Below are positions 1 through 8,968 of a DNA stretch of 64,000 bases, piece by piece (position 1 is the stretch's first letter; every line of letters starts with the position of its first letter). Made by a program: the position numbers and the translations under genes. Below the pieces are notes generated by a model. That model did not search any database. It saw only the letters and a program-made list of their open reading frames with translations, and was not told the origin of the DNA. The DNA comes from Minisyncoccota bacterium. GTDB taxonomy: Bacteria; Patescibacteriota; Minisyncoccia; Phycocordibacterales; UBA9973. The stretch is taken from NCBI GenBank assembly GCA_041663005.1, contig JBAZRK010000001.1, positions 93,360 to 157,359 on the forward strand, in the 5' to 3' direction.

Positions 1-1
1 T

Positions 2-262
2 CCCAAAGGAGAAGTATGGAAAATAGAGGAAATGCTCCCCAAGCTTTTAATGCAAGTGAGAAAAGTTCTAAGCGATAAGCCTATTTTTGTAATTCTAACT
101 TCGTATGCCATTGATTCTTCAGCCCTGTCTCTCGGCTACGCGCTTTCGAGTGCGATGCAGGATTGCGAAGGTAGCGTCGAAGCAGGGGAATTGTGTGTGC
201 TAGAAAAATCAAACGGAAGGATGATACCGCTTGCAAACACTGCAGTGTGGGAGGCGAAATAA
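2..262 (+). CDS. C-terminal fragment of class I SAM-dependent methyltransferase (RlmI/RlmK-like), truncated by window edge
   Basis: Frame open from window start: PKGEVWKIEEMLPKLL...FVILTSYA...GELC, typical of this family's C-terminus. Confidence 0.6.
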   Translation, partial: PKGEVWKIEEMLPKLLMQVRKVLSDKPIFVILTSYAIDSSALSLGYALSSAMQDCEGSVEAGELCVLEKSNGRMIPLANTAVWEAK

Positions 263-268
263 TTTTGT

Positions 269-631
269 TTACTGTGAAGCTTCTGGATCCTCTTCGTCTA
301 TAATTTCTCCCTGAATATCTTCGACATCTTCTTGAATTTCATCAACGTCTTTTTGGATTTCATCGACATCCTCCTGAATTTCGCCGATATCTTCAGAAAC
401 CTCCTCAAGTTCTTCAGCGTGTTGGTTCACTGTCATTTGTATAAAAATCGAAAGGTAGATTGCTTCGAGGGAGACCACCGTAGTTAGTATCAAGAGTACA
501 TCTTCGGAAGAAATTCCAAAAATTCGCAATCCTAACATTCCGACGAAGAAAAGGGTATGTACAATAATAGACTGGGGAGACCCAATCCATCGAGTAAGTT
601 TTCTAGAAAAATTCTCAAACTTTTTTCGCAT
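269..631 (-). CDS. DUF1003-like small membrane protein with acidic coiled-coil tail
   Basis: WIGS motif, two TM segments, LTTVVSLEAIYLSIFIQM, then (D/E)IQ(E/K)DV heptad repeats. Confidence 0.65.
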   Translation of the reverse strand: MRKKFENFSRKLTRWIGSPQSIIVHTLFFVGMLGLRIFGISSEDVLLILTTVVSLEAIYLSIFIQMTVNQHAEELEEVSEDIGEIQEDVDEIQKDVDEIQEDVEDIQGEIIDEEDPEASQ

Positions 632-729
632 TGCTTTGACTGGACATTACGCTAACGACTATGTATATGATACAATAGGATTTAAGGGAATACAAGTCGC
701 CCTTGCTAATTTAGTCAATTGTAAATCAT

Positions 730-1323
730 ATGAAAGAGTTTATAAAGAAAAACTTTGCCATACTGCTCGCTTTTATTTTACCGGTATTGCTCATAGTGGT
801 TGTGGTTCTGGTTACTTACATACCCTCATTTTTTGTGGATACAAATTATAACTTCATTTATGTGTCTTGTGGTGACGGCAATAATTATTATTCGTACAAT
901 TATGAATGCGCCGGCCTTGCAAGGCAAAGGTATTCAGTGGAGAATAACAGACTTGTAATAAACCCCGTTAGCCCACAGGAAGATATAGACACAAATAAAA
1001 TAACAAACCTTTCTGCCACCTTAAACAACGCACGTATTTTTTTACACAATACTGAAAAGAACGAAAGTCGAGAAATTACCTTGGCTGAAGCACAGATGCT
1101 AACTTTGAATGGTCTTATCACTGCGCCCGATGGTGTGACTATCTCAAGTTATTATCAACAAGGAGATTACATATTTCCCTTCGGTGGAAGTTCTTCCTCG
1201 TATGGATATTACCTGACCAAAGGCAAAGGTAAGCAAAAGCTGAACCTCGTAAATACTTCTGATCGGTATTATTATCGTGACAACTTCGAATTCATTGGAT
1301 GGGTTTTGCCAGGCAGAAATTAA
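730..1323 (+). CDS. hypothetical protein with N-terminal membrane anchor
   Basis: 197-aa ORF, N-terminal hydrophobic helix. Confidence 0.7.
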   Translation: MKEFIKKNFAILLAFILPVLLIVVVVLVTYIPSFFVDTNYNFIYVSCGDGNNYYSYNYECAGLARQRYSVENNRLVINPVSPQEDIDTNKITNLSATLNNARIFLHNTEKNESREITLAEAQMLTLNGLITAPDGVTISSYYQQGDYIFPFGGSSSSYGYYLTKGKGKQKLNLVNTSDRYYYRDNFEFIGWVLPGRN

Positions 1324-1344
1324 TTATCAATTTTAGCTATTTTT

Positions 1345-2322
1345 ATGACTAAAGAAGAATTATTGCAAGAGCTTTCAAGTAAAATAAGTTCTGGAGAATT
1401 AAACAAAAGTGAAATTATGACTCGGCTGAATATAGCTGTAACTTCAGGAGAGAGTGCAGTAGTTCATAACGAACCTTCTCGTTTTTCTCCAACAAAAATG
1501 CTTTATGTTTTAGGAGCGGCGATAGCGTTAATCGGCATTATAATTTTTGTTGGGCAGATCTGGGACCAACTAGGATCCTTTGGGCATATTGCTGTTACTT
1601 TGGGCATGGGATTAATTCTCGCTATTATGGGCGCGGTGTTGCTACGACAAAAACCAGCAGACAAAATAGGCGCAGTATTTCACTCTCTTGGCGGGCTCCT
1701 TATTCCAGGTGGCGCTGTTGTGTTGTTGAATGAGATGAACTTGGTGACAGCTTGGCCCTTGGCTCTGACATTCGGAGTGATTTTCCTTTTCTATTTAATG
1801 CTCTGTATGGTTCAAAAGAGTGCGGTGCTAACTTTCTTCGCAATAGCCAATGGCACGGTATTTATATATTTGATTGTGCAGGCAATACTCGGGGGAGCAT
1901 TTTACCAACACGGAGATGTGTATGCTTACTTAACAATGGCAATCGGGGTAAGTTATCTTTTGTTGGCCCACGCTTTTCGCTCGGGGTGGAACCAGCCAGT
2001 TGTTTCAGCGCTGTCATTTTTTGGTAGTGTTGGATTTTTTGGAGCTGCATTCACCAGAGTGTTCGATTCAACGCCGTGGCAGATGTTTTATTTTCTTCTT
2101 GTAATAGGTGGCCTCTTCCTGTCCGCCCACCTTAGAAGTCGAAGTCTCTTGATTGTTAGTACGATGTTCTTGATTGCTCATGTTTCGTATATTACAGGAG
2201 AGTATTTTGCGGATTCCATCGGGTGGCCGGTGGCGCTCATCCTCTTGGGATTTATTTTTATCGGACTGGGATATGTGTCTATAACTATAAACAAGAAGTA
2301 CATTAAATCAGTGGTCGCGTAA
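1345..2322 (+). CDS. DUF2157-like polytopic membrane protein
   Basis: Short N-terminal helical domain, LGAAIALIGIIIFVGQIWD motif, about 10 TM segments. Confidence 0.65.
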   Translation: MTKEELLQELSSKISSGELNKSEIMTRLNIAVTSGESAVVHNEPSRFSPTKMLYVLGAAIALIGIIIFVGQIWDQLGSFGHIAVTLGMGLILAIMGAVLLRQKPADKIGAVFHSLGGLLIPGGAVVLLNEMNLVTAWPLALTFGVIFLFYLMLCMVQKSAVLTFFAIANGTVFIYLIVQAILGGAFYQHGDVYAYLTMAIGVSYLLLAHAFRSGWNQPVVSALSFFGSVGFFGAAFTRVFDSTPWQMFYFLLVIGGLFLSAHLRSRSLLIVSTMFLIAHVSYITGEYFADSIGWPVALILLGFIFIGLGYVSITINKKYIKSVVA

Positions 2323-2365
2323 ATCGTTTTGCAAAAGCTTATATTTTAGGTATTATTAAGAGCAT

Positions 2366-5200
2366 ATGAAAGAATATGAGCACTTAAAGCTGGAAAAAAA
2401 GTGGCAGAATGAATGGGAGAAAAAGAGGATTTACCACGCTCAAAACAAATCTAAAAAACCAAAGTATTACAGTTTGATTGAATTTCCGTATCCCTCAGGC
2501 GATGGTCTCCATGTCGGGCATCCTCGCCCATACATAGGAATGGATGTGATTTCTAGGAAACGCCGATTAGAAGGCTATAATGTTTTATACCCAATAGGCT
2601 GGGATGCGTTTGGTTTGCCGACGGAAAACTTTGCCATAAAAACAGGGAAAGATCCGCGAATAGTTACTAAGAAAAATAGTGAAAATTTCAAACGCCAAAT
2701 AAAATCTCTTGGGATTTCTTTTGATTGGTCTAGGGAAATAAATACCACCGATCCGAAATATTATAAATGGACGCAGTGGATATTTTTACAATTTTTGAAA
2801 AAAGGTTTAGCCTACAAGGCGAAGATTGCGATAAATTGGTGCCCGAAAGATAAAATTGGTTTAGCCAATGAAGAAGTCGTCGGAGGAAATTGCGAACGAT
2901 GCGGAACGCCCGTTGAAAAAAGAGAGAAAGAGCAATGGATGCTTGCTATTACAAAATACGCAGAGCGCCTAGATAAAGATTTAGATGATGTGGATTATTT
3001 ACCACAAATAAAATTAGCCCAAAGAAACTGGATAGGTAAATCCGAAGGGGCAGAGATTGATTTTCCAGTTGCACATCCGAGGGTCAAAAGATTCGTTATT
3101 CTGCACGGCAGGTCCAGTAGGCCCGGCGACAATTCATATCCATGGCTAAAAAAGGAATTAGAATCACGGGGATATAAAGTCGAAGTACCTGAAATGCCTA
3201 ATTCGGGGGAACCGAACGATTTAGAGCAAGCGGATTTTGTAAAGAAACATTGCCAATTAGACGAGGGTACAGTTGTGGTGGGACACTCTATGGGAGGCAT
3301 TGTTGCACTTAGACTGCTTGAACAAGGTGCCAAAGTTCACGGAGTAGTCTTGGTGGCTACTCCTTCAACAGGGTTATTCTTAGACAAAAAACCTAGACCC
3401 ACAGTTACCCAAGCTGCGCAAAGAGGATTTAAATATGGGGAAATAAAACAGAACGCAGACTATTTTAGACTTTTGTATGATTCAGGCGATACCGTTGTTC
3501 CTGCCTCTGACGGCGAATTGTTTGCAAAAAAATTAAATTCCTATTGTCAATTTTCAACTGGAGAAAAACCTCATTTTCAGGGCAAAGAAGAACCAGCCAT
3601 TTTAGATTTACTGTTGCCGCATATTAAAGTTTTCACAACTCGACCTGATACTATTTTCGGAGCGACGTTTTTAGCGATTGCACCGGAGCTTGCTAAAAAA
3701 TTGACTGGTAAAAATTTCGGTATTAAAGTTGACACGGAAAGGGAGAACAGGGAAAAGCTGGGTGCAGATACCGGACTTAAAGCAAAAAATCCTGCAACCG
3801 GTCAAGAAATTCCAGTTTGGGTAGTTAATTATGTGTCGGCAGATTATGGCACGGGGGCAATTATGGGTGTGCCTGCTGATGACGAGCGAGACAACGAATT
3901 TGCAAAGAAGTTTAATTTGCCAATAGTTGAGAATTATAAAAAGGCAGGATTTGAAGATTTCGGGAAAAGGATTACAAAGTTTAAGCTTCGCGATTGGGTG
4001 TTTTCTCGCCAGCGATATTGGGGAGAGCCGATACCCGTGATTCTTTGTGAGAAATGTGGCATTGTTCCTGTTCCAGAGCGTGATTTACCGGTAGAACTTC
4101 CTAAAGTTAAAAATTACCAGCCGACGGATAGCGGGGAAAGCCCTCTTGCTAATATTTCCAAATGGGTAAATACCAAATGTCCAAAATGCAAAGGTACAGC
4201 AAAAAGAGAAACAGACACTATGCCAAACTGGGCTGGCTCTAGCTGGTATTACCTCCGTTATACAGACCCGAAGAATGCAAAAGCTTTTGCCGATAAAAAG
4301 GCATTAAAATATTGGACACCGGTGGACTGGTACAACGGCGGGAATGAGCATACCACTCTTCACTTACTATATTCGCGTTTTTGGCATAAATTTTTGTATG
4401 ATTTAAAACTAGTGCCGACACCAGAACCCTATAAAAAACGCACTTCGCACGGTATGATCTTGGGCGAAGGGGGAGTAAAGATGTCTAAATCTTTAGGCAA
4501 CGTCATAAATCCAGACGAAATTGTGAAAACTTATGGAGCGGATACTTTGCGAGTCTATGAGATGTTTATGGGGCCTTTTAATCAGTCCGTGGCTTGGTCT
4601 ACGGAAAGTATTATCGGAGCGAGGAGATTTATTGAAAAAGTTTGGAGGATAGGGGAGAAAGTTGCCTCGCCTAACGCTTCTGCTCAGGACTTCCTGCAGA
4701 GCAACGTCAGCCATTCGCAAAAGCATTTAGGCTCGAATTCTTCTTTACCAAAACTTCTGAACAAGACAATTAAAAAAGTTTCCGAAGATATTGAAACGAT
4801 GAGTTTCAATACAGCAATATCTTCTCTGATGATTTTAGCGACAGAGATGGAGAAAGCTCCAAGCATTTCAAAAGATGATTATAAAAAATTCTTACAGATA
4901 CTTTCTCCATTCGCTCCCCACATTGCCGAAGAGGTGTGGGCATCTTTAGCTGAGAAAAAGTCTATCAACCTTTCCGTGTGGCCGGAATGGGACGAAGCCT
5001 TGGTAAAAGACGATGAGATAAAAATTGCAGTCCAAATAAACGGCAAAGTGAGGGCCGAGATAATGATAGAAATACAAGACAACGAAGAAAAAATCAAAAA
5101 ACAGGCCTTGGGAGACCCTGCAGTTTTAAGGCACGTAGCCGGTCAGGAAGTTAGAAAAATAATTTATGTCAAAAACCGCCTTATTAACATTGTTTTATAA
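2366..5200 (+). CDS. leuS: leucine--tRNA ligase with inserted alpha/beta-hydrolase domain
   Basis: FPYPSGDGLHVGH (HIGH), GWDAFGLP, RDWVFSRQRYWGEPIP, KMSKS; insertion containing GHSMGG. Confidence 0.95.
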   Translation: MKEYEHLKLEKKWQNEWEKKRIYHAQNKSKKPKYYSLIEFPYPSGDGLHVGHPRPYIGMDVISRKRRLEGYNVLYPIGWDAFGLPTENFAIKTGKDPRIVTKKNSENFKRQIKSLGISFDWSREINTTDPKYYKWTQWIFLQFLKKGLAYKAKIAINWCPKDKIGLANEEVVGGNCERCGTPVEKREKEQWMLAITKYAERLDKDLDDVDYLPQIKLAQRNWIGKSEGAEIDFPVAHPRVKRFVILHGRSSRPGDNSYPWLKKELESRGYKVEVPEMPNSGEPNDLEQADFVKKHCQLDEGTVVVGHSMGGIVALRLLEQGAKVHGVVLVATPSTGLFLDKKPRPTVTQAAQRGFKYGEIKQNADYFRLLYDSGDTVVPASDGELFAKKLNSYCQFSTGEKPHFQGKEEPAILDLLLPHIKVFTTRPDTIFGATFLAIAPELAKKLTGKNFGIKVDTERENREKLGADTGLKAKNPATGQEIPVWVVNYVSADYGTGAIMGVPADDERDNEFAKKFNLPIVENYKKAGFEDFGKRITKFKLRDWVFSRQRYWGEPIPVILCEKCGIVPVPERDLPVELPKVKNYQPTDSGESPLANISKWVNTKCPKCKGTAKRETDTMPNWAGSSWYYLRYTDPKNAKAFADKKALKYWTPVDWYNGGNEHTTLHLLYSRFWHKFLYDLKLVPTPEPYKKRTSHGMILGEGGVKMSKSLGNVINPDEIVKTYGADTLRVYEMFMGPFNQSVAWSTESIIGARRFIEKVWRIGEKVASPNASAQDFLQSNVSHSQKHLGSNSSLPKLLNKTIKKVSEDIETMSFNTAISSLMILATEMEKAPSISKDDYKKFLQILSPFAPHIAEEVWASLAEKKSINLSVWPEWDEALVKDDEIKIAVQINGKVRAEIMIEIQDNEEKIKKQALGDPAVLRHVAGQEVRKIIYVKNRLINIVL

Positions 5201-5226
5201 AGTCGTTTTATAGTATAATTAACGTT

Positions 5227-7212
5227 ATGCGTACAAACACATTCGACAAGCTTTCTTTATTATCATTATTTTTTGTAGCGGTTTTGCTCCCTATTTTCTG
5301 TTTACCCTTCACTAGTGTCTCGACAGAAATCTCTAAAGGTCTTCTTCTGGTGGTTGGGCTTACGATAAGTGTAGTTTTGTGGGCCGTGGGTAGATTTTTT
5401 GACGGCAAAATCACGATTCCTAAATCTTGGCTCTTAGCTACTGGGGGAGTCATAGTTTTAATAACACTTATCTCGGCCTTGTTCTCTCAGGCGCCAAAGG
5501 CCTCTCTTTTTGGTGTAATGTTTGACCTGCAAAGCTTCTTTATGATTTTGGCGGGATTTGTTTTGATGTTTATGTTCTCGGTTTTTTTCCGCACCCAGAA
5601 ACATGCCCGGATGCTTTTATTCGGCATAATCTTATCTTCGGCAATTGTTTTAATATTCCAGAGTGCGCGTTTGTTTATGCCTGGTATTTTATCTCTTGGA
5701 ATTTTCAGTGTCACGGACAAAACTGCTAATGTTATTGGCACCTGGAACAGCTTAGGCCTTTTCGCTGGATTTTCCGCGCTGATGTTCCTTTTAGTTATTG
5801 AATTTTTTTCAATTTCAAAATTGACCAAAATATTACTGCAGGTCTTTATACTGCTTGCGGTGTTGCTTGCTGCTGCAGTTAACTTTACACTTGTCTGGAT
5901 GTTGCTCGGACTATCGAGTTTGATTATCTTCGTATATAAAGCTTCCGCATCATTCCAACGTAAACCGGAAGAAGAAACGACACAGAAGCATTTCCCAGTT
6001 GTCGCATTTGTGGTTGTTATGGTTTCCCTTGTTTTTCTTACCGCAGGACCAGCATTTCGGGCTTACGCACCTGAGAAACTAAAAATAACAAATAATATCG
6101 AAGTTGGACCCTCACTCTCAGCTACTTTAGCAGTAGGAAAGAACGTTATTGTTCGAGATCCGATTTTAGGTATTGGTCCAAATAAATTTAGTCAAGCTTG
6201 GTCTCAATATAAACCTCTTGAAGTTAATTCCACCGTTTTGTGGGACGTGCCATTCGACGCAGGTTCAGGATTATTGCCCACAATTTTCGCTACTAATGGT
6301 ATCTTAGGATTGCTACCGTGGCTTGCATTCTTGGGATTATTTCTGTTTGTGGGAGGAAAATCCGTATTCTCGAATATTAAGAACGGTGTTAATTGGGAGA
6401 TGATGGCATTTTTCGTGCTGTCTCTATATCTATTCATAACTTTGTTCTTGTATGCTACGGGGGTTGTTATGTTGCTTTTATTCCTAGCCTTCACTGGAGT
6501 ATTTGTCGGGCTTGCCACGGGGAGTAAAGATCAAGAAATTTCAATTTTATTCTTAAACGACCATCGCAAGAGTTTCTTTTCTATCCTCGCGCTTATTCTT
6601 GTTGTTATTGCTTCTATCGCGGGTACTTTCAGATATTTCGAACGCTTTGCCTCGGTGCCTGTTTTCAGGAGAGCACTTATGGCCACAGAGTTACCGGTAG
6701 CAGAAACTGCAATAAAGAAAGCCATCTCGATGAATTATAATGATTTATATTTGCGTTCTTACGCACAAGTTTATTTTGCAAAATTTAACTCAATATTAGG
6801 CTCGAAGAGTTCTCTGACTGACAAAGAGAAAGCAGACCTAGAAACAGCCTTACAGCAAGCAATAGGCGCCGCTCGGGAGGCAGTAGACTATAATCCTGGT
6901 GAATATCAGAACTATCGTTTACTCGGTTCCATATATGAGACTGCTGGCCTGGTTGGATATCCAGGAGCTTATGCCCAAGCTGTGGCTACTTACCAAACCG
7001 CATCAGAGTTGAATCCATTTAACCCAATCCTTAAGTTAGGACAATCACGTGCGTCATTGGCAGATGGGAAGAGGGAAGATGCTATCAAATATGCCGAAGA
7101 AGCTCTTACACTGGCGCCCTTAGACAAAGGAATTATAGATTATGTTAATTCTCTAAAAACAAAAACTTCCACCACCACTCCGCCACCCGTCACACCGGAA
7201 GCCAATAACTGA
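5227..7212 (+). CDS. O-antigen-ligase-like polytopic membrane protein with C-terminal TPR repeats
   Basis: Many TM helices, PILGIGPNKF motif, TPR-like AVDYNP/ASELNP/ALTLAP. Confidence 0.6.
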   Translation: MRTNTFDKLSLLSLFFVAVLLPIFCLPFTSVSTEISKGLLLVVGLTISVVLWAVGRFFDGKITIPKSWLLATGGVIVLITLISALFSQAPKASLFGVMFDLQSFFMILAGFVLMFMFSVFFRTQKHARMLLFGIILSSAIVLIFQSARLFMPGILSLGIFSVTDKTANVIGTWNSLGLFAGFSALMFLLVIEFFSISKLTKILLQVFILLAVLLAAAVNFTLVWMLLGLSSLIIFVYKASASFQRKPEEETTQKHFPVVAFVVVMVSLVFLTAGPAFRAYAPEKLKITNNIEVGPSLSATLAVGKNVIVRDPILGIGPNKFSQAWSQYKPLEVNSTVLWDVPFDAGSGLLPTIFATNGILGLLPWLAFLGLFLFVGGKSVFSNIKNGVNWEMMAFFVLSLYLFITLFLYATGVVMLLLFLAFTGVFVGLATGSKDQEISILFLNDHRKSFFSILALILVVIASIAGTFRYFERFASVPVFRRALMATELPVAETAIKKAISMNYNDLYLRSYAQVYFAKFNSILGSKSSLTDKEKADLETALQQAIGAAREAVDYNPGEYQNYRLLGSIYETAGLVGYPGAYAQAVATYQTASELNPFNPILKLGQSRASLADGKREDAIKYAEEALTLAPLDKGIIDYVNSLKTKTSTTTPPPVTPEANN

Positions 7213-7227
7213 TAAATTAATTCAAGA

Positions 7228-8907
7228 ATGGAGAAGATACTGAGAATTTTTACGAAAGAATCGGGGAACATAAACCAGGCAGCATTACTTTTAGGCTCCT
7301 TCACATTTCTTTCTCAAGTTCTCGCTCTTTTCCGCGATCGCGCTATTGCACACTACGTTGGTCCGTCTCCATCACTTGATGCGTATTATGCAGCATTCCG
7401 GGTGCCCGACCTAATTTTTATTAGCATTGCTTCTCTGGCTTCCATCACTGTTCTGATCCCGTTTTTGGTTGCAAAAATGGATGGAGAAAAAGTCACCAAT
7501 GAAGCTCGGAAATTTTTAAACGATGTTTTCACTGTGTTTTTCAGTTTAGTTGTTGTAGTTTCAGCTTTTGCGTTTTTGTTAATGCCACACTTAGTTTTCT
7601 TTATAGCTCCGGGATTTGCACCCGCGAACCAGGCGCAAGTGGTGTTGTTATCCCGTATTATGCTCCTGTCTCCAATTTTAATTGGGTTATCCAATCTATT
7701 TGGCACCGTTACTCAACTTTTTCGTAAATTTTTCATTTATTCCTTAAGCCCCATTTTTTATAACTTTGGTATTATTGCTGGAGTTGTTTTCCTTTATCCA
7801 AAATTCGGCATTTATGGAATGGCTTTTGGGGTCGCTTTGGGTGCATTGTTACATTTTTCAATTCAGGTTTTCGCGGCACACAATTCTGGATTTTCTCCGC
7901 GATTTTCGCTTTCTGTGAATTTCAAAGATATCAAACGGGCTGCCCAGACGTCTTTACCGCGAACACTTGGCTTAGCTTTCAACAACATAGCCCTCATAGT
8001 TATTATCGCGCTTGCGTCTTTCCTGAAAGGCGGCTCTATCTCGATATTTAATTTTTCGTATAACCTACAGTCGGTACCACTCAATATTATTGGAATTTCT
8101 TATGCCGTGGCGGCTTTTCCAATTCTCGCCAAATCTTTCGGTGCTGGCAAACAAGATGAATTCAAGCAGCACCTGAAAGAAGCTTCACGAGCAATAGTTT
8201 TCTGGTCGTTGCCGGTGATTTTCCTTTTTATCGTGCTTCGAGCGCAGATTGTCAGAGTTATTCTTGGTTCCGGATCTTTTTCTTGGGATAATACACGACT
8301 CGTAGCTGCTTGTCTGGCTATTTTTTCTGTTTCGATTCTGGCTCAAGGGATGATTACGCTTTTATCTAGATCATATTATGCTACGGGCAACACGAGGCGC
8401 CCACTCTTGATGAATTTTTCGTGTTCGGTTCTGATTATAATTTTGTCCTACGTTTTAATTCATTTATTCCAAAACGTGCCTCTCTTTCGTTACTTTATCG
8501 AATCCCTTTTGAAGGTTAGTGGTGTGGAGGGAACTGAAGTTTTAATGTTGCCACTTGCGTATTCACTTGGCACGATACTCAATTTCATTTTACAAGCCGT
8601 GTATATTAAGCGTGATTTTTTACCCACGGAGCATTTCGTCAGCAAAACTTTTTTTCAGAGTTTGGGTGCCTCTTTCTTCTTGGGTCTAGTTGCTTATTTA
8701 AGTTTAAACGCGCTTTCTCCCGTATTCGGAACTACGACTTTCTGGGGTGTTTTACTGCAGGGATTGATCTCCGGAGTGCTGGGCATTCTTGCTGGTGGGG
8801 CCGTACTTTATCTTTTGGGCAGCGAAGAATTACGGGCCTTAATGCAAACACTGACTTCGAAATTCTGGAAAGCAAAAGTTATTGCCCCTTCCACAGAAGA
8901 ACTCTAA
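7228..8907 (+). CDS. murJ: lipid II flippase MurJ (MviN)
   Basis: SQVLALFRDR, LDAYYAAFRVPD, P in FYN loop, 14-TM layout. Confidence 0.9.
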   Translation: MEKILRIFTKESGNINQAALLLGSFTFLSQVLALFRDRAIAHYVGPSPSLDAYYAAFRVPDLIFISIASLASITVLIPFLVAKMDGEKVTNEARKFLNDVFTVFFSLVVVVSAFAFLLMPHLVFFIAPGFAPANQAQVVLLSRIMLLSPILIGLSNLFGTVTQLFRKFFIYSLSPIFYNFGIIAGVVFLYPKFGIYGMAFGVALGALLHFSIQVFAAHNSGFSPRFSLSVNFKDIKRAAQTSLPRTLGLAFNNIALIVIIALASFLKGGSISIFNFSYNLQSVPLNIIGISYAVAAFPILAKSFGAGKQDEFKQHLKEASRAIVFWSLPVIFLFIVLRAQIVRVILGSGSFSWDNTRLVAACLAIFSVSILAQGMITLLSRSYYATGNTRRPLLMNFSCSVLIIILSYVLIHLFQNVPLFRYFIESLLKVSGVEGTEVLMLPLAYSLGTILNFILQAVYIKRDFLPTEHFVSKTFFQSLGASFFLGLVAYLSLNALSPVFGTTTFWGVLLQGLISGVLGILAGGAVLYLLGSEELRALMQTLTSKFWKAKVIAPSTEEL

Positions 8908-8968
8908 TCTGGAACTGATTTTCTTTTTTAGCTTTGAAATAAAGGGTATTTTGTGATACCATGAGCAG

